NCBI GenBank assembly: GCA_973895155.1
Contig: OZ316892.1
Coordinates: 23,574,133-23,638,132, forward strand
Length of the DNA stretch: 64,000 nt
DNA from: Marsupella aquatica
Taxonomy: Eukaryota; Plantae; Marchantiophyta
Direction: 5' to 3'
The notes beneath the pieces are model-generated. The model was not told the origin of the DNA. It saw nothing but the letters and a program-made list of their open reading frames with translations, and ran no database searches. Positions 1 to 12,482 of this stretch are shown one piece after another. Within the stretch, counting starts at the first letter, position 1, and each line of letters begins with the position of its first letter. The position numbers were made by a program, and so were the translations under genes.

Positions 1-172
1 GTATATGTGTGTGGGTGGGATGGGTTTTGTGGGTAGTGGATTGGAGTTCTGATTATCTGCTCGGCCCGTGGTTGTCCACTTTGTGGCCCTGATTTAATCC
101 TTTCTCCTTCCTGGTGCGGGGTCCCTGTCGGATCCGTTGGGGCTCACCCTGGTCTGGGTTCCCTACAGAAAA
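1..172 (+). mobile_element. 3' part of a tRNA-derived SINE-like repeat, probably inside a SPAG6 intron (cut by the window edge)
   Basis: Aligns by eye with 47120-47280 (tatgtgtgtg...gattatct.ctc...tggttgtccacttt...tttaatcct...ggatcc...ccctaca). Confidence 0.6.
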
Positions 173-453
173 ACTGTCACATTGGGATGGGGGGAGTCTA
201 ATTATATTTCCTCCCCATTTCCGTGCAAGACCAAAAAAAAACATGAAAATACCTATTTTTTAACCCATGCAATTCCAAGGGCTTTTTGTACTTGGCACCC
301 CTGGCCAAGGTTTGTATGATTGAATTTTATGCCAACTGTTCTCTTGATGTAAATTGTTGAGTTGACCATGCACATTGACCTAGGAGCGATTGCATCATTT
401 TATTTGAAGTTGCTACACGTCTAAACCTTTGATTCGGACAACAATTCTGACAG

Positions 454-1405
454 GTATAATGGCACTGGGATACATTGGAGCATTCACCGAAGCTCTTGCA
501 TTAACAGTAATTGCTTCAAATGGTCTTCCACCTTTGCTGGATGCTCTGAAGAATGAGATTGAGGACCACATCAAGAGCGCAACTGCATGGACTTTGGGGC
601 AGATTGGGAGGCATACACCCAATCACGCCAAAGCAGTGGCAGAAATAGGTGTCCTACCACAACTGGTTCTCTTTTTCATCTCCAAAGTCAGCAGTGAAGA
701 CTTGCAAACAAAGTGTAAAAAGGCCTTCAAAAGCATCGTGGACAGGCTCACCTACTTCCCAGCTCTTGATTCATTGCTCCAGGTATGCTCAGTTTAATTG
801 CTAACAGCAATCACTTATGTACTTTCCATATTAATTGAGTTCCATCATTGGGGACGAGTATTTTTCTTGGGTATTAAATATGTTTTGAGCCTTTTGATTA
901 TTCTGGATAAGGTTCACTGTAGGTATTGAAACAGCATTGCCATATTTGAGATGGGCACTGAGATGTGAACTTCCTTGCAGGGTCCACAGAATTGTCATAT
1001 TTGAGATGGGCACTGACATTTTAGCTTTCTTGCAGGGGCCACCGCTGCCTGAAGAGTTGATGAAGTATGTGATACAACAGTTGTCAAAGATCATACCTAA
1101 TGACAACGATGCACGTACCAAGTTTGTCACATCTGGAGGTTTCGCCAAGGTGCAACAAATTCAAGCTGAGCAAGGCAGCGAGATGAGGGAGTCACATTGA
1201 CAATATGAACAAGGCTTATCCTATTGAAATAGTTCATTACTATTCTCCTGGGTATTCTGAGATCCTTCTACAAAAATTGACAGAAAAGGTGAATAAGCCT
1301 GTGGGGAAGGATAGCCCAAAGCCTGGTGGAAAAGATTCACCATCTAAAAAGGATAGTCCTAAAACTCCTGCTCCAAAAAGCCCCAAGTCTGCTAAATCCA
1401 AATAG
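454..1405 (+). CDS. SPAG6: PF16/SPAG6 armadillo-repeat axoneme central-apparatus protein, last two exons (5' part lies outside the window)
   Basis: Exons 454-782 (ag|..|gt) and 1036-1405. Peptides GIMALGYIGAFTEALA, EDHIKSATAWTLGQIGRHTPNHAKAVA, FVTSGGFAKVQ and YPIEIVHYYSPGYSEILL are typical of SPAG6/PF16. There is an apparent +1 frameshift near 1192. Confidence 0.9.
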
Positions 1406-2439
1406 CATTAATGCCCTTTATTCTTTGTATGTGTGATAAAATTGTGTACTTTATGTTCAGTGTGGATTTTTTGTGAGTCAAAAATACCTCCACACTATCT
1501 GTGTGCTGTGCCATTAATACAGTTAGACGACGCAAAAAGGTATAGGGCTTCTGGTCAAAGGCTGAGGTACCCAAAATTTATGTTATATTATTCTTTTACT
1601 AGGTTAGTGGCCAAGCCTTTAGGTATGGTGGGATTTCTTTACTTGGTTTGAGGGATGAAGGTCCACACTTTTCATAGTGCAAGTGATCTCCTTTACAACC
1701 TCGATCGTGCAAAAGGTGAAACATTTATGGTCAAATCTCCTGCAGTTACTTCTACAGTAGTGATGTTCGGTTCATTTTTTCAATTATTATGCTGGTGGGT
1801 CAATTTTGTGTCCATTGGAATTTTATTTGTTTTTATTTGTGGGGGGGGGGGGGGGGGGGGGTGGGGATATTTTGATGGCCATCAAGTGGATACATGGAGC
1901 CTTCTCTTAGAAGTATAAGGCTCATGAGGTAGAACTGAAAGCTTCAATGTTAAGACGAAAGGATACATCCCACTTGACTAGGATAATCATTTGCAGGTTG
2001 ACATCCTCCCTCCAAGATTTTTATGGAGAGAAAGTTCTCAACCTCATAGAATACTCTATGACCAACGAAGACTCAATAAACATCTCTGTATTTTCTACAG
2101 TTCGGTCACACTGTTATAATATATCCAATAATAAATATTATAACCCAACTACAGTACCTCACCCTCGGATAGTGGATTGAGTTTTGGGGGTCCCAGTACT
2201 AGTATTAATGCATTCCTTCAGTCAAAAGGATACTATGCTACACTGGTTTGCTACACTGGTTTGCTACACTTGCCTCAACCCTGGAATAAACCTAAAGAAT
2301 GATATTCAATGATTGTATACAACACTGCCAGAGAACAAACAGCTCCACTCGGGGAGACAGGATCCAAAGGGCAAGAGACCCAGTAACAGGAGTAAACCAG
2401 AGAAAAACCCCACAAAAACAGAGAAATCCAAAAGGAGTC

Positions 2440-2607
2440 AGAGAGTTCGTACAATGACAAAGGAATTAAAGCCCTACTTGGCGGTAAACTGAAAAGCCTT
2501 GTAAAGCTTAGGAGTAATCAGAGTAAGAGAGTTCATACAATGACAAAGGAACTAAAGCCCTACTTGGCAATAAACTGGAAAACCTTGTAAAGCTTAGGAG
2601 GAAATCT
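2440..2607. repeat. ~85-bp tandem duplication
   Basis: gagagttc.tacaatgacaaaggaa.taaagccctacttggc...cttgtaaagcttaggag occurs twice in tandem. Confidence 0.75.
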
Positions 2608-2950
2608 TGTAGGACGGTCACAAAGAGGCATGTCTCTAGCGTCCCTAAAACCAACAAATTCATCTATTTGTTTGTCCAATGGCATAGGTACATGTAGAGG
2701 ATCACAAATTTTTCTAATGGCCTGAGATGAACAGGAATGTGTAGATTCCCCAGAAAACCTGAGAACAATTTGTCTAGAACCCCTAAAACAAAGTGCATCA
2801 TGGAGAGGAATTTGTAGAGCGACCCTATTTATAAGAGAGCCCCTAAAAACAAGATCCTAGGCCCTCTCTTTGTTCAATGGCACACTTGAGGTCTTCATAT
2901 ATTGTCAATTGCTCAAGCACAGTTCATCTCCACCGATGGTGGCTGATTGA

Positions 2951-4246
2951 TTACCTGCCGTTGTAGCGAGGAATGTCGGAGGGAGGATTTCCACAGATGC
3001 TGGGATTCTGCACCGTGAAAATGAATGGAGTGCTGCAATAGTTCGTCACACCCAACGCCGCTGCTTTGGCAAGCAGCCTCTTCACTGAGGCTTCCGGCAG
3101 CGATGGTGTTCTGGAGAGAATGAACAGCGTCTCCTCAATGCCTCCTCCGTTAAGATCACAACCATAGACTAGCGAAGCAGCATAGCCTCCATTTGGCCCC
3201 CTTCCTTCCACTGCAAGAACCCAATACGCACCCGATTGGAAGCCGGCAAATGAGACCACCAGCTTCCCTGCAAAGCTCACGTTCTGTTGAGCCATGCCAA
3301 CGATCCGGCTGTATCCCGTCTGCCCTGTGCTGGGATCCAGGAAGAGCCCCGCGAGCCCCACAATGCCAGCGAGAGATTCTTGGATTTTCCCAAGCTGTGC
3401 CGTTATGGCACCCTCGCCTTCCGAAATCAACTCCACCGCCTTGTAGAGCTTGGTGGAATGAGCACCATCCCCATCGGCCGCCAATTTTGCTGCAACTTTC
3501 GCCACACTCTGTTTGGCATTCTCGATTATTCCCACTGTTGCAGCTATGGCAATGGTTGTCCCGTTAGACCTCGCTACCGTCCCGATGAGAGCTGCAACAT
3601 GTTCGGTGGCCTTGCCCTGCCCTTGTCCCAGCTGAGCATCCAGCTCTTGGATTTTGGTGACAGCCTTGGCTAAGCTGTCAAGGCCGGAATCAATCTTTCT
3701 GATGGCCCCCTCGATCGTGTGCGTACCGGAGGCAAGAGCTGCAGCTGGACCAGGGCATTGCGTTGCAATTGCAGAAGCCACAGTGGATATGAGAGCGAGA
3801 CCCTGGGCAAGAGAGGAATTGGAGCTCTTAGACTCTTGGTCGGTTACAGCGCAGATGGAGAAAGCTTGGGAGCAAATTTGGCTTGCGCTGATGGAGATGA
3901 CCTGCTGAGAAACGTTGTGTGCAGGAAATCCGAGGCTATAGATTGTGTTGACCACTTTGACCTCAGCTCCTCCGTCAGCTGGGGAGGATGGAGGGTTCAG
4001 AAGAGTGTAATTGGCGATCACGCATATGCCACCAGCTTCTGACAGGTTTTTGAAGTTGGCAGTGGAGCCTATCTCGTACCAACGCCCTCCATAGGTGGTG
4101 ATGTCGAACTTATCGTATGTGGGGAGGTCAAGACAAGTCGGTCGAGAGAGTGTAAGCGGGCAGAAGGACTGAGGCTGCTTGGCTCTGCCGACCTGAGCTG
4201 ACTGGAGAAGGATCAGTGTAAGCATAGTCAACAAGATGGAGGCCAT
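2951..4246 (-). CDS. Secreted lipocalin (ApoD/Blc-like) with a ~200-aa Ala/Ile-rich insertion; intronless, ~431 aa
   Basis: The ATG at 4246 gives a signal-peptide-like N-terminus (MASILLTMLTLILLQSAQVGRA). Lipocalin SCR1 FDITTYGGRWYEIG, CVIANYTL, YWVLAV and SCR3 LFILSRTPSL are present in one open frame. Confidence 0.8.
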   Translation of the reverse strand: MASILLTMLTLILLQSAQVGRAKQPQSFCPLTLSRPTCLDLPTYDKFDITTYGGRWYEIGSTANFKNLSEAGGICVIANYTLLNPPSSPADGGAEVKVVNTIYSLGFPAHNVSQQVISISASQICSQAFSICAVTDQESKSSNSSLAQGLALISTVASAIATQCPGPAAALASGTHTIEGAIRKIDSGLDSLAKAVTKIQELDAQLGQGQGKATEHVAALIGTVARSNGTTIAIAATVGIIENAKQSVAKVAAKLAADGDGAHSTKLYKAVELISEGEGAITAQLGKIQESLAGIVGLAGLFLDPSTGQTGYSRIVGMAQQNVSFAGKLVVSFAGFQSGAYWVLAVEGRGPNGGYAASLVYGCDLNGGGIEETLFILSRTPSLPEASVKRLLAKAAALGVTNYCSTPFIFTVQNPSICGNPPSDIPRYNGR

Positions 4247-5773
4247 CTTACGGATCAAGCCTGCAACGGCGACAGAGACGCAGCAGACTTCGACGAAGCT
4301 TTCAAGTAGATTTGTCGACCAAATGCTGAAGTCAGTTGAAGAAGTATTGACGCACACGATATATGGCCAGGAGCTCCACCCTGAAACTCAGCTTGCAACT
4401 AATGTTGGTCCTCTCGATCCCCTACATTAATCACGGAACGAAGACCCCATTTTACCTGATGACTGTCTACTAAACCCTAGACGTTACAAATCACGAGAAT
4501 AGACCCCAATTTTAGTCGATTTCTATCCATTCAACAATCTCCAACAACCATCCATATATAACAATAACAATTTTCTATAACGATCATCGAACTTAACTTT
4601 AAATTTGCATGGAATGTCTATCTGTTCATGAGTCGACAGAAAGTATGAAACTGACCTCTACATAGCTGGTTCACATATGGTGGTCACTCTCTTGTTGACT
4701 GAAGTCGTTCTCACAGTCACGTTACGAGGTATCCAACGGGCATTGTGCCCAATCCTATCTCGAGAGACACAGAGAATGATGGAGTTTACAAGTGTCAGAT
4801 CTCAACACTGAGGCAACTTTAAATCCTGACTGAGATTCAAGGCTAGGGGGATACGTGGCCAGTTTTCACTCCCCATTGGTATTTCTGTGGCTCAGCTGAA
4901 GGTGGGGTTGGACCACATTCACGGAGATTGCAGCAGAAATCTTTTGCTGAAGGTATATTCCTCGAAATCCGCAGGTTTGTTTCAGAAGCTGTCTGCGAAA
5001 CTGCGTTCGTGTGACAGATCCCAAGCATCTGCAGCCAGGAAGCCAGTTGCTCTGATGTACCTCTACCGAGATAATATTATACAGCCTCCTTGGGGTTATC
5101 TTGATGTAGACCTTGAAGTACCTACTGTAGGTCTCGAGCTCCTGGCCTACAATTCGCACATTCTGGATACTCTGTTCGAACAATCCTGCAATTCCACTAG
5201 CACAATCTCACTACTTCGTAATCATTCGCCATGGCTGCAGCAGTGATTTCTAGTCACCATTTTTGGAATGCGATTTCCTTGCAAAGAATTACTGAAACCT
5301 TGCGGCTGCACTCGATCTTCGTCAATGTCGACTGTGAGGCGAGGCAACACACCATCAACTCTGCTTTAAACGGGATAGGCAGTGCTCGTTGAATTCATTA
5401 CTGCCTCGAATAGCTAGAGTAAATTGCATTCCATGAAACGGATGTCGTTTCCGTTGTGACAGGCTTTGGAGCTTCAGAGCTTTCAGTTGGTACAGTAGGT
5501 ATTTTCAACGGCAACTGACTATGGGAGAAGTTTGTTCAGTAGGATATGCCAAAAGAAGGTCAACAAGGTTGAACAACGCACTACATTCGTACAGTTTTAG
5601 TACATATAATTAATGTGGTTCGTCGTCAAAGGTTGCTGTCTCCTCCGTTGGATCCTTGGATTCGCGTTGGGCATATATATCCCTGCTGTGTGCATTCATT
5701 GATTGAAAGTAAAAAACTAAGATTCTCACGATAAATCTAATCTAACACTTTAATATGTCATTGCCGTCTCTCT

Positions 5774-6773
5774 ACCCTGAGTTAAATCTACGTCAAGTTA
5801 ATGTTCCCCCACTTTCCCGGGGAGCCGTACACTGCCCTTCCCAATCCCCGATGCTGCTGCCCGCTCTGGCCCAAGTTTGGCAGAACATAAACCAATACTC
5901 TACGATTTAACGCATGCGTTCCAGTCCAATCGACTTTGCGCCATCAACTTTGGGTTTATGTTTTGGCACCCATCACTTTTTGTCGGCCGCTCCAACCCGG
6001 TCGACTTTGTGTCATCAACTTTTTGGAAATAAGTGTTGCCAAGACATAAACCACAACTCCATAGAGAATAAGTACTTGGCATAACATAAACCAAGAGTCT
6101 AACAATCATGACTCTCAACCAAAGTATTAGGCTCCCCTTGAACACTTAGATTCTATTACAAAATAGGTATGACTCCATCGGAAAGAAGTGTTGCTAGAAC
6201 ATAAACCATGACTCCATCGAGAAGAAGCATTTGGAAAAACATCGACCAAGACTCTAGAATCATGACTCTTAACCAAAATACTAGGTTGTGCCTAAATGCT
6301 TAGACTGTCTTACTAAACAAACATCACTCCCTTGGAAAGAAGTGTTGCCAAAACATTAATCACAAGTCCATAGAGGATAAGTATTTGGCACAACATAAAC
6401 CAATACTCTATAAATCATGACTCTTAACCAAAGTACTAGGCTTGCCTTGAACACTTAGACTCTCTTACAAAGAAAATATAACTTTGTTGGAAAGAAGAGT
6501 TGCCAGAACATAAACCACGACTCCACAAGGAAGAAGTCGATGACACAAACTTAAGTCGTCGGGCTGGAGCGAGCGAATGTGCCAAAACATAAACCCGCAG
6601 TCGATGGCACAAAGTCGATCGGGCCGGAGCGCATGTGTTAAATCTTAGAGTATTGGTTGATGTTCTGCCAAACTTGGGCCGGAGCAGCAGCAGCATCGGG
6701 GATTGGGACGGGCAGTGTACGGCGCCCCGGGAAAGTGGGGGAGCATTAACTTGATGTAGATTTAACTCAGGGT
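5774..6773. mobile_element. Non-autonomous foldback/MITE-like DNA element with long TIRs and internal ~155-bp tandem repeats
   Basis: 5774-~5920 (accctgagttaaatctac...cccactttcccgggg.gccgtacactgccc...ccaagtttggcagaacat) is the reverse complement of ~6625-6773. The interior has ~3 degenerate copies of aagtgttgccaa.acataaacc...atcatgactct.aaccaaagta.tagg. No clean TSD is visible. Confidence 0.75.
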
Positions 6774-7661
6774 TTTTTCTCTGGTGATCATTTATTAAAT
6801 GTATAAACCAATGGCAATGAGAATTCTTGTGATCATTTATAAAATGTACAAGTCCCATGTCAGTGCCTTGCCCTCTGCAAAGAGGACCGGCCCATATTGG
6901 AGGGAGCATTTGTGAGGGGGATTGTGCATAATGAAGGGAGGGAATTGCTAAGGTAGAGACTATTTGCCAGGGAGAGAGGGAATGATGAGGCATGGAGGAG
7001 AGGGGGAATGATGAAGCATCATTATTCCCCTCTTTGATGGCGACACAAGGGTCCGGTACGAGACATGTATTTGAGAAGCACGTATTCGTGAGGCAGGCAT
7101 AGGTGCGAGGCAGGCATAGAGGGACTGGATGATATTGTCGGGAGTGGAAGTCCTCTCCAGTGAATCAAACGGATATGATCAATTCACTCAAATATCTAAC
7201 GGCCAGTTTTGACTCCCGCCAATATTGAATTTTGTAACAGGACAAAGGACAAAAACGGCGGGTTTGCCTATTATAGTTGTAGATATAAGCAATGGATATG
7301 AGAAGCTCAGGTGATCATGTGTAAAATGTATTTACAAGTTAGAGTTGGGGTCTAGACTTATACAATGGAGACTCTCTAGATGGTGCCTCTAGGTCCTACC
7401 AAAATCCAAAATTTATGTGGCTTGAAAGAGGGGATATAATGTCCGTCATCATCATACAAAAAAATTCTATTTATCGAACTTTGTGAAACACTAGAGTGAT
7501 GATGGAATCCAAAACTTGTGAGAAATAAACATTTCACCCCCTCTCCCCTTAACCTTATCCCAGAGTTCTGTTTCCTTAGTTTATGGTTTTGAGTAAATTA
7601 AGTGTAGCTAATCTAAATCCTTACGAGAAAAACATGAGAGGCCCACCATTTTTTTGAAGCG

Positions 7662-7822
7662 GATTCACAATAGTTTAGAACATAAACACTAGAAGAATGG
7701 CATGCGGGATAGAAGTGGGGCCAACACTTTGTAAAAGGGGATTCACAATAGTTTAGAAGATAAACGGTTGTCTACTAGAAGAATGGCATGTGGGATAGAA
7801 GTGGGGCCAACACTTTGTAAAG
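7662..7822. repeat. ~80-bp tandem duplication
   Basis: gattcacaatagtttagaa...ctagaagaatggcatg.gggatagaagtggggccaacactttgtaaa occurs twice. Confidence 0.75.
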
Positions 7823-9657
7823 GAATAACCAGTGAGGAGAAGGAACTGTGTAAAGAAAAAAGCATTGAGGCACAAGTAACTATTTTATTCTTGCCTTAAA
7901 CGGATTTCTAAAAAATCCATCCAACCTCTAGAAAGGAATGATTAATTATTTTTGTCAACTAGAAAGGAATGATTAATTACTCTCAGCAGAAAACATTACA
8001 AGACAAGTTATTTTACATTTTGGGGGAATCATCACACTTTGAGGTACCTTCAAGAATATCTGTTTTTTTCATTTATCTAGATATGATAGTCCTAAAATCT
8101 TTTTTATTACCATTTGGTGGAGACTGTTAAAGTTGGAGCAAACCTAACCCTATACAAGACACGCAAACATAAGTAGACAAATGCCTGGGACCCACTTTAG
8201 TCCAACTAGGATTGTTAGACTTTCACCAGGTGACCTCCTCCCATTTTGTAAAGTGCACTTTGCGCAAAGACCATAAATCTAGGGTGGAGATTGAGAATGC
8301 AAGGAAGACTGAAACTGCTGCCTCCGCTTGTTTTGTAAAGTGCCCCTTAGCCTCATGGAATGGTCAGAAAATTTACTCTCGAGCTTGGTTCCAGTTTCTA
8401 AATTCTAAGATCATGTCCAAATTTGTTGGGCAGCTGATAAATTAAAGATGCCTTTAATTACAAGAAGTTGAGGCCATAGTTTCTTTTCATTCCAAGTGAG
8501 AAGAAGTGTCGATGGTAGAATGAGTGGAACCGGTTGCAAATAACTTTACAAGAATTCAAGCCCATTGAGGTATTGTGTTTACTAAATTTAGATGGTAAAT
8601 AATGGCCCAAGAACATGCTGGTGTGGAGTAATGGTACCTACCTGATCCAAACATTTCCAAACTTTTGACTCCTTCATTCACAGATTCACATTTATTGAAC
8701 TTCATCTCACAAAAATTCTAGTGTCCAGTCAATCTTTAGAACAAAAAATAGCCACCAGTATGGATGGTGGGAAAAAGGAATTTCTATCATGAGCAGCTGA
8801 CAGCCTTTATCCTGTCTAGGATTCATGATTCTTTTAGGATTGGGCAAACATAAATTAATGTGAATCTTGAATGAACTTAGACTATTCACTTGAAAAAACT
8901 ATTAGGTGGACATCATGAAGTAAGTCAACCCTCTACTAGGGCATCTCAAAGCTCAGAGAGACCAGGATAACATCTTCCTGTGACTCGAGACTTGTGTGAA
9001 TTCTCATAAAAGTTGTTGGAGTCAATCTTTGGCTCTTGTAACAAAATCCCGCAGACTCAACACTTAACCAATAAGTTTAATCAGATTCTGGTAGCTTTAG
9101 GCATGACTCCACAAAATGATTGAGAAATCCAGAAAGTTGAAATTGAATGTGAGTGGACTTTGGGCCTGATGTGGAGGTGGCGATGGCTGCTTTAGGAATT
9201 CTTGAATATTATTAATGAGGAAAGAGTGAAGACCCCAGATTTTTCCAAATTTGATTTTTTGTTGCAACTAACATTTAGTTTATATAAAAATGTCGACCCT
9301 TGTCCAGTATATAAGGGTTGAGTACACACGGGACCAGGAGTGGGAGCCAGTCATTGGGCCACTGATATAGGAAACAGGGCCTGTGAGCCCATCATTTCTA
9401 AGAAAAGGAAAACCTCAAGAGGCACAAAAAGGCTTGAGGAAAATGCTTTCCGTAAAGTGCAAACAACAGTCCTTTTGCCATTTGCCGACTTAGCTTGTCT
9501 CAATGACACTAATCTACAACTTAAACTTTCATAATGAAATGCAACACCACAGTCCTTTTGTTGTCTCAGCTGCGGATTACAGCCTAACTCTTGAACTTGG
9601 GGCTACCAATATAGTGAACTCCGGGGTGAACTCTTGCTCAGTGCAAGCTCTGGGGAA

Positions 9658-10001
9658 TGTTGAGCATAGATGACATTTGTAACAGCAAGCCCATGAACCA
9701 TCCAACGCACAATAGTCGACACAGAGAGATACGTGGTTCACCTCCACATGAGGCTACGTCCATGGGAACACACAAGAGCTTTACTGCACTCTAGGCCGAC
9801 CGGCCATAACAAGCATCCATAGCACAAGATCTCCCTATCTCTCAACTAGCTCCGTAACAATGAGCCTAAGTTCCACCAGGGTCTAGCATCAGCCCTGGCT
9901 ATATGCACAACAACACTACCGCTAACATTAGCTAAGTCTTAACCCGAGTTAGTCTAACTGTGGTTAGCTCATGAGTCACAAGACTAGAGCAATATCTAAT
10001 A
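9658..10001 (-). mobile_element. Solo LTR of the Copia-A family
   Basis: Colinear with the LTRs at 12711-13053 and 29787-30130. Flanked by the 5-bp TSD GGGAA (9653-9657 / 10002-10006). Confidence 0.9.
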
Positions 10002-12044
10002 GGGAAGACTGATCTGGCGTGCACTAAACCAGGTTCTATATGTTGTGAGCCTTGATAAGCGCACATTCCGTTACAAGTGCTCTAATAGATAAGTGTGCTT
10101 CATTTAGATTTGTTTGTTAAATGTGCATGCGCCATGGACGGGCCCTCTATCGGTGAGCAGTCAGCCTCGTACCTCGTATCCCTGCCCTAATTCTCTGCCC
10201 ACACTCCTTAAGTGCATTCTATACTCTACTAAGAATGGGAATGCAATTATCGGTAAATGAGATTTCAGGTGTTTATGCGTTTACAATATGCATACAAACA
10301 CTTATCAAGGGTAAGAGCTTATAAAGTTGTCAATCATTTAGCAAAATGATTTTAGCCTTGTGTGCACTTAGAAAAATGCTTAAAAAGCACTTCTCCCATG
10401 TTAAAAAAAATGGGAAGAACAAGATGGCATGCACTAAGCAAGGGTAAGCGCTTATGGAGTGTGCGCTTAGCAAGAGTTCACTGTATTGATCAATTGATAT
10501 ATTGCCATTTTACTTGTTGGAGTGATGAATTGAGGACATCCATATTCCATACCCACTTTCAAGCAGCATTTATTTACACAACTACAGTATTTTTGTAATT
10601 TTAGTGAACCCATCATTGTTTGCCAGGACCTTGGCTTTTGCCACTATGAGTGGGGTTGTCCACATGAAAACACTCAAACAATGAAACTCTAGTCAGAGCT
10701 ACAGCCAGAAGGAGGGAAAAAAGCAAAAGATGTAAATTGTGCAGCACGAGCTACATCAGATCAATTTAAGTAGTACATGGGTCCATTTTCCTACCTCTTG
10801 TTTGGGCATTCTATTTGTTAATAAAAATGCCAAACAATAGAAACAGGGCAACCAGCAAATGGGAGCAAGCTGCGGATAGTTCAGTAGGCCTGGCAGCCCT
10901 CAAGTGGGAATAAGTTGGGGGAGTAGCTCACTAGGCCATGTTCGTCTGGGTAGGAGAAGAAGATAAGTGTTCTGTCTTTGTGAAACTCCTTTGTTTGTAT
11001 ATTGATGTGAGAATGTAATTAAATACATCGTAGCCATAAGTCACGTAGCTCATGCCTTTGTGAGGTGGCTAAAGTGCAAGCTAGTCTTGCAAGGTTGAAC
11101 CTCATGGGGTGCCTGGCTGAGAGGCACAACAACAACTAAATCAGCTTTATGTGGAAAAGGTGTTTCGAAAGTAAGATTCCAGCTTTTCTAAACAACTGGT
11201 TTTACTGCATTGTCACTTTTGACGTCAACTGTTGTACTTTAGGGTTTGTCACAGTAACTGGCGTGTGAACTTTTCTGCTGATGCCTTCGATTTCTATAAC
11301 TTCCTGGCCTGACACACCTGGCAGACATATCCATGGACTGAATTTCATCTTAGGCCTATTGAAACTTGTAACTAGGGAAATAGCTAATGCATGGATAGAA
11401 GATCTGTTTTGTTACTCTTTGAACATTCTGTCCATTCCAATTTTCCAGCTGTCACTGTTATTGATAAAACACTTGTCATCCATGGGGGATGACAGCTTGT
11501 TGTTGTGAATTCCTGGCTTCCGCTTGTGTTTACATTGTTTTCAAGGGCTGTTTACTTCCAAATACAACAGCCCTTCAATAGCCTCATACACTTTTGACAC
11601 GTGTTCATAAAAATACACTTCAACTGTATTCAACGAGGATCTTGGAGCACAAGAGATCAAAACATATATAATTTAATAATCAATCCCTTATATGGACCAT
11701 CATTGTAGATTAAGCTCAAATGTCAAATTGGAGGAGTTGGGTATTTGAGGAGACATATGGGAGACCATATTAGTGTAATGGCCAGCACTAAATACTTAGT
11801 AAATATTAAGGGTACTTTTTGTTTATGCATGCCACAAACAGGCAACGGTCTGGCTCACACCAGAATCAAGAATACAAGCATATGAGACTCGTTGTGAGTA
11901 AAGTTTTTTGTGTTGCATTGAGAATCAAGAATACAAGCATATGAGACTCATTATGAGTGTACAGTTTTTTGTGTTGCATTGAAAGTCAAAATTAGACCCA
12001 TCCAACAGAAGATACTTTGGACTATGCGCCAGTGTAGGGTAGTC

Positions 12045-12185
12045 CACAAGGGGGAATACCCAGGGATCCAATAGGGACCTTACAGAGATGGGGAGAGCAT
12101 ATCCCCCACACCCCTTGTATGTGGAGGGGAGATTGAAACTGGGACCTCTCAATTATAGGCTAATACCTTTGCCAACTGGCCAAAA
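12045..12185 (-). mobile_element. Internally shortened copy of the tRNA-derived SINE
   Basis: The reverse complement reads tttggccagttggc...gagaggtcccagtttcaatctcccctccacatacaaggggtgtgg..gatatg...ggatccctgggtatt, matching 47041-47260. Confidence 0.65.
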
Positions 12186-12206
12186 CATTATGAGTGTACA
12201 TCCCAT

Positions 12207-12296
12207 TGTTAAGGATTGCTCTTAGTTTTGTGACTCATAGATTACAACAATTAGGCTAACCATAGTTAGGGACTTAGCTAAGGTTAGGTTAGTTGT

Positions 12297-12332
<36 letters not shown>

Positions 12333-12482
12333 CATGTGTGGAGACTACTCTTAAGTAAAGCTTTTGTGATTTGTGTGGACGTGGCCTGGTAGAAGAGGTG
12401 AACCACGTATTCAAGTGTGTTGACTATGTGTGCATGAAATGAATCATGATCTTATCGTAGAGAAGGACATCATAGTTCAACA
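12207..12482 (+). mobile_element. Solo LTR related to the Copia-B LTR, containing an (AG)n tract
   Basis: Ends TGTTAAGGATTGCTCTTAGT...AGTTCAACA match 38490-38820. 5-bp TSD CCCAT (12202-12206 / 12483-12487). Confidence 0.85.

Noticed and set aside
1841-1861. Poly-G run giving a Gly-rich ORF (1655-1918)
   Set aside because: Simple homopolymer downstream of SPAG6; the ORF has no other support.
4843-5246. Short ORFs upstream of the lipocalin gene
   Set aside because: No recognisable motifs or consistent exon structure.
6030-6530. Regularly spaced repeats that superficially resemble a CRISPR array
   Set aside because: Degenerate tandem units without unique spacers, inside a foldback element of a eukaryotic genome; no cas genes.
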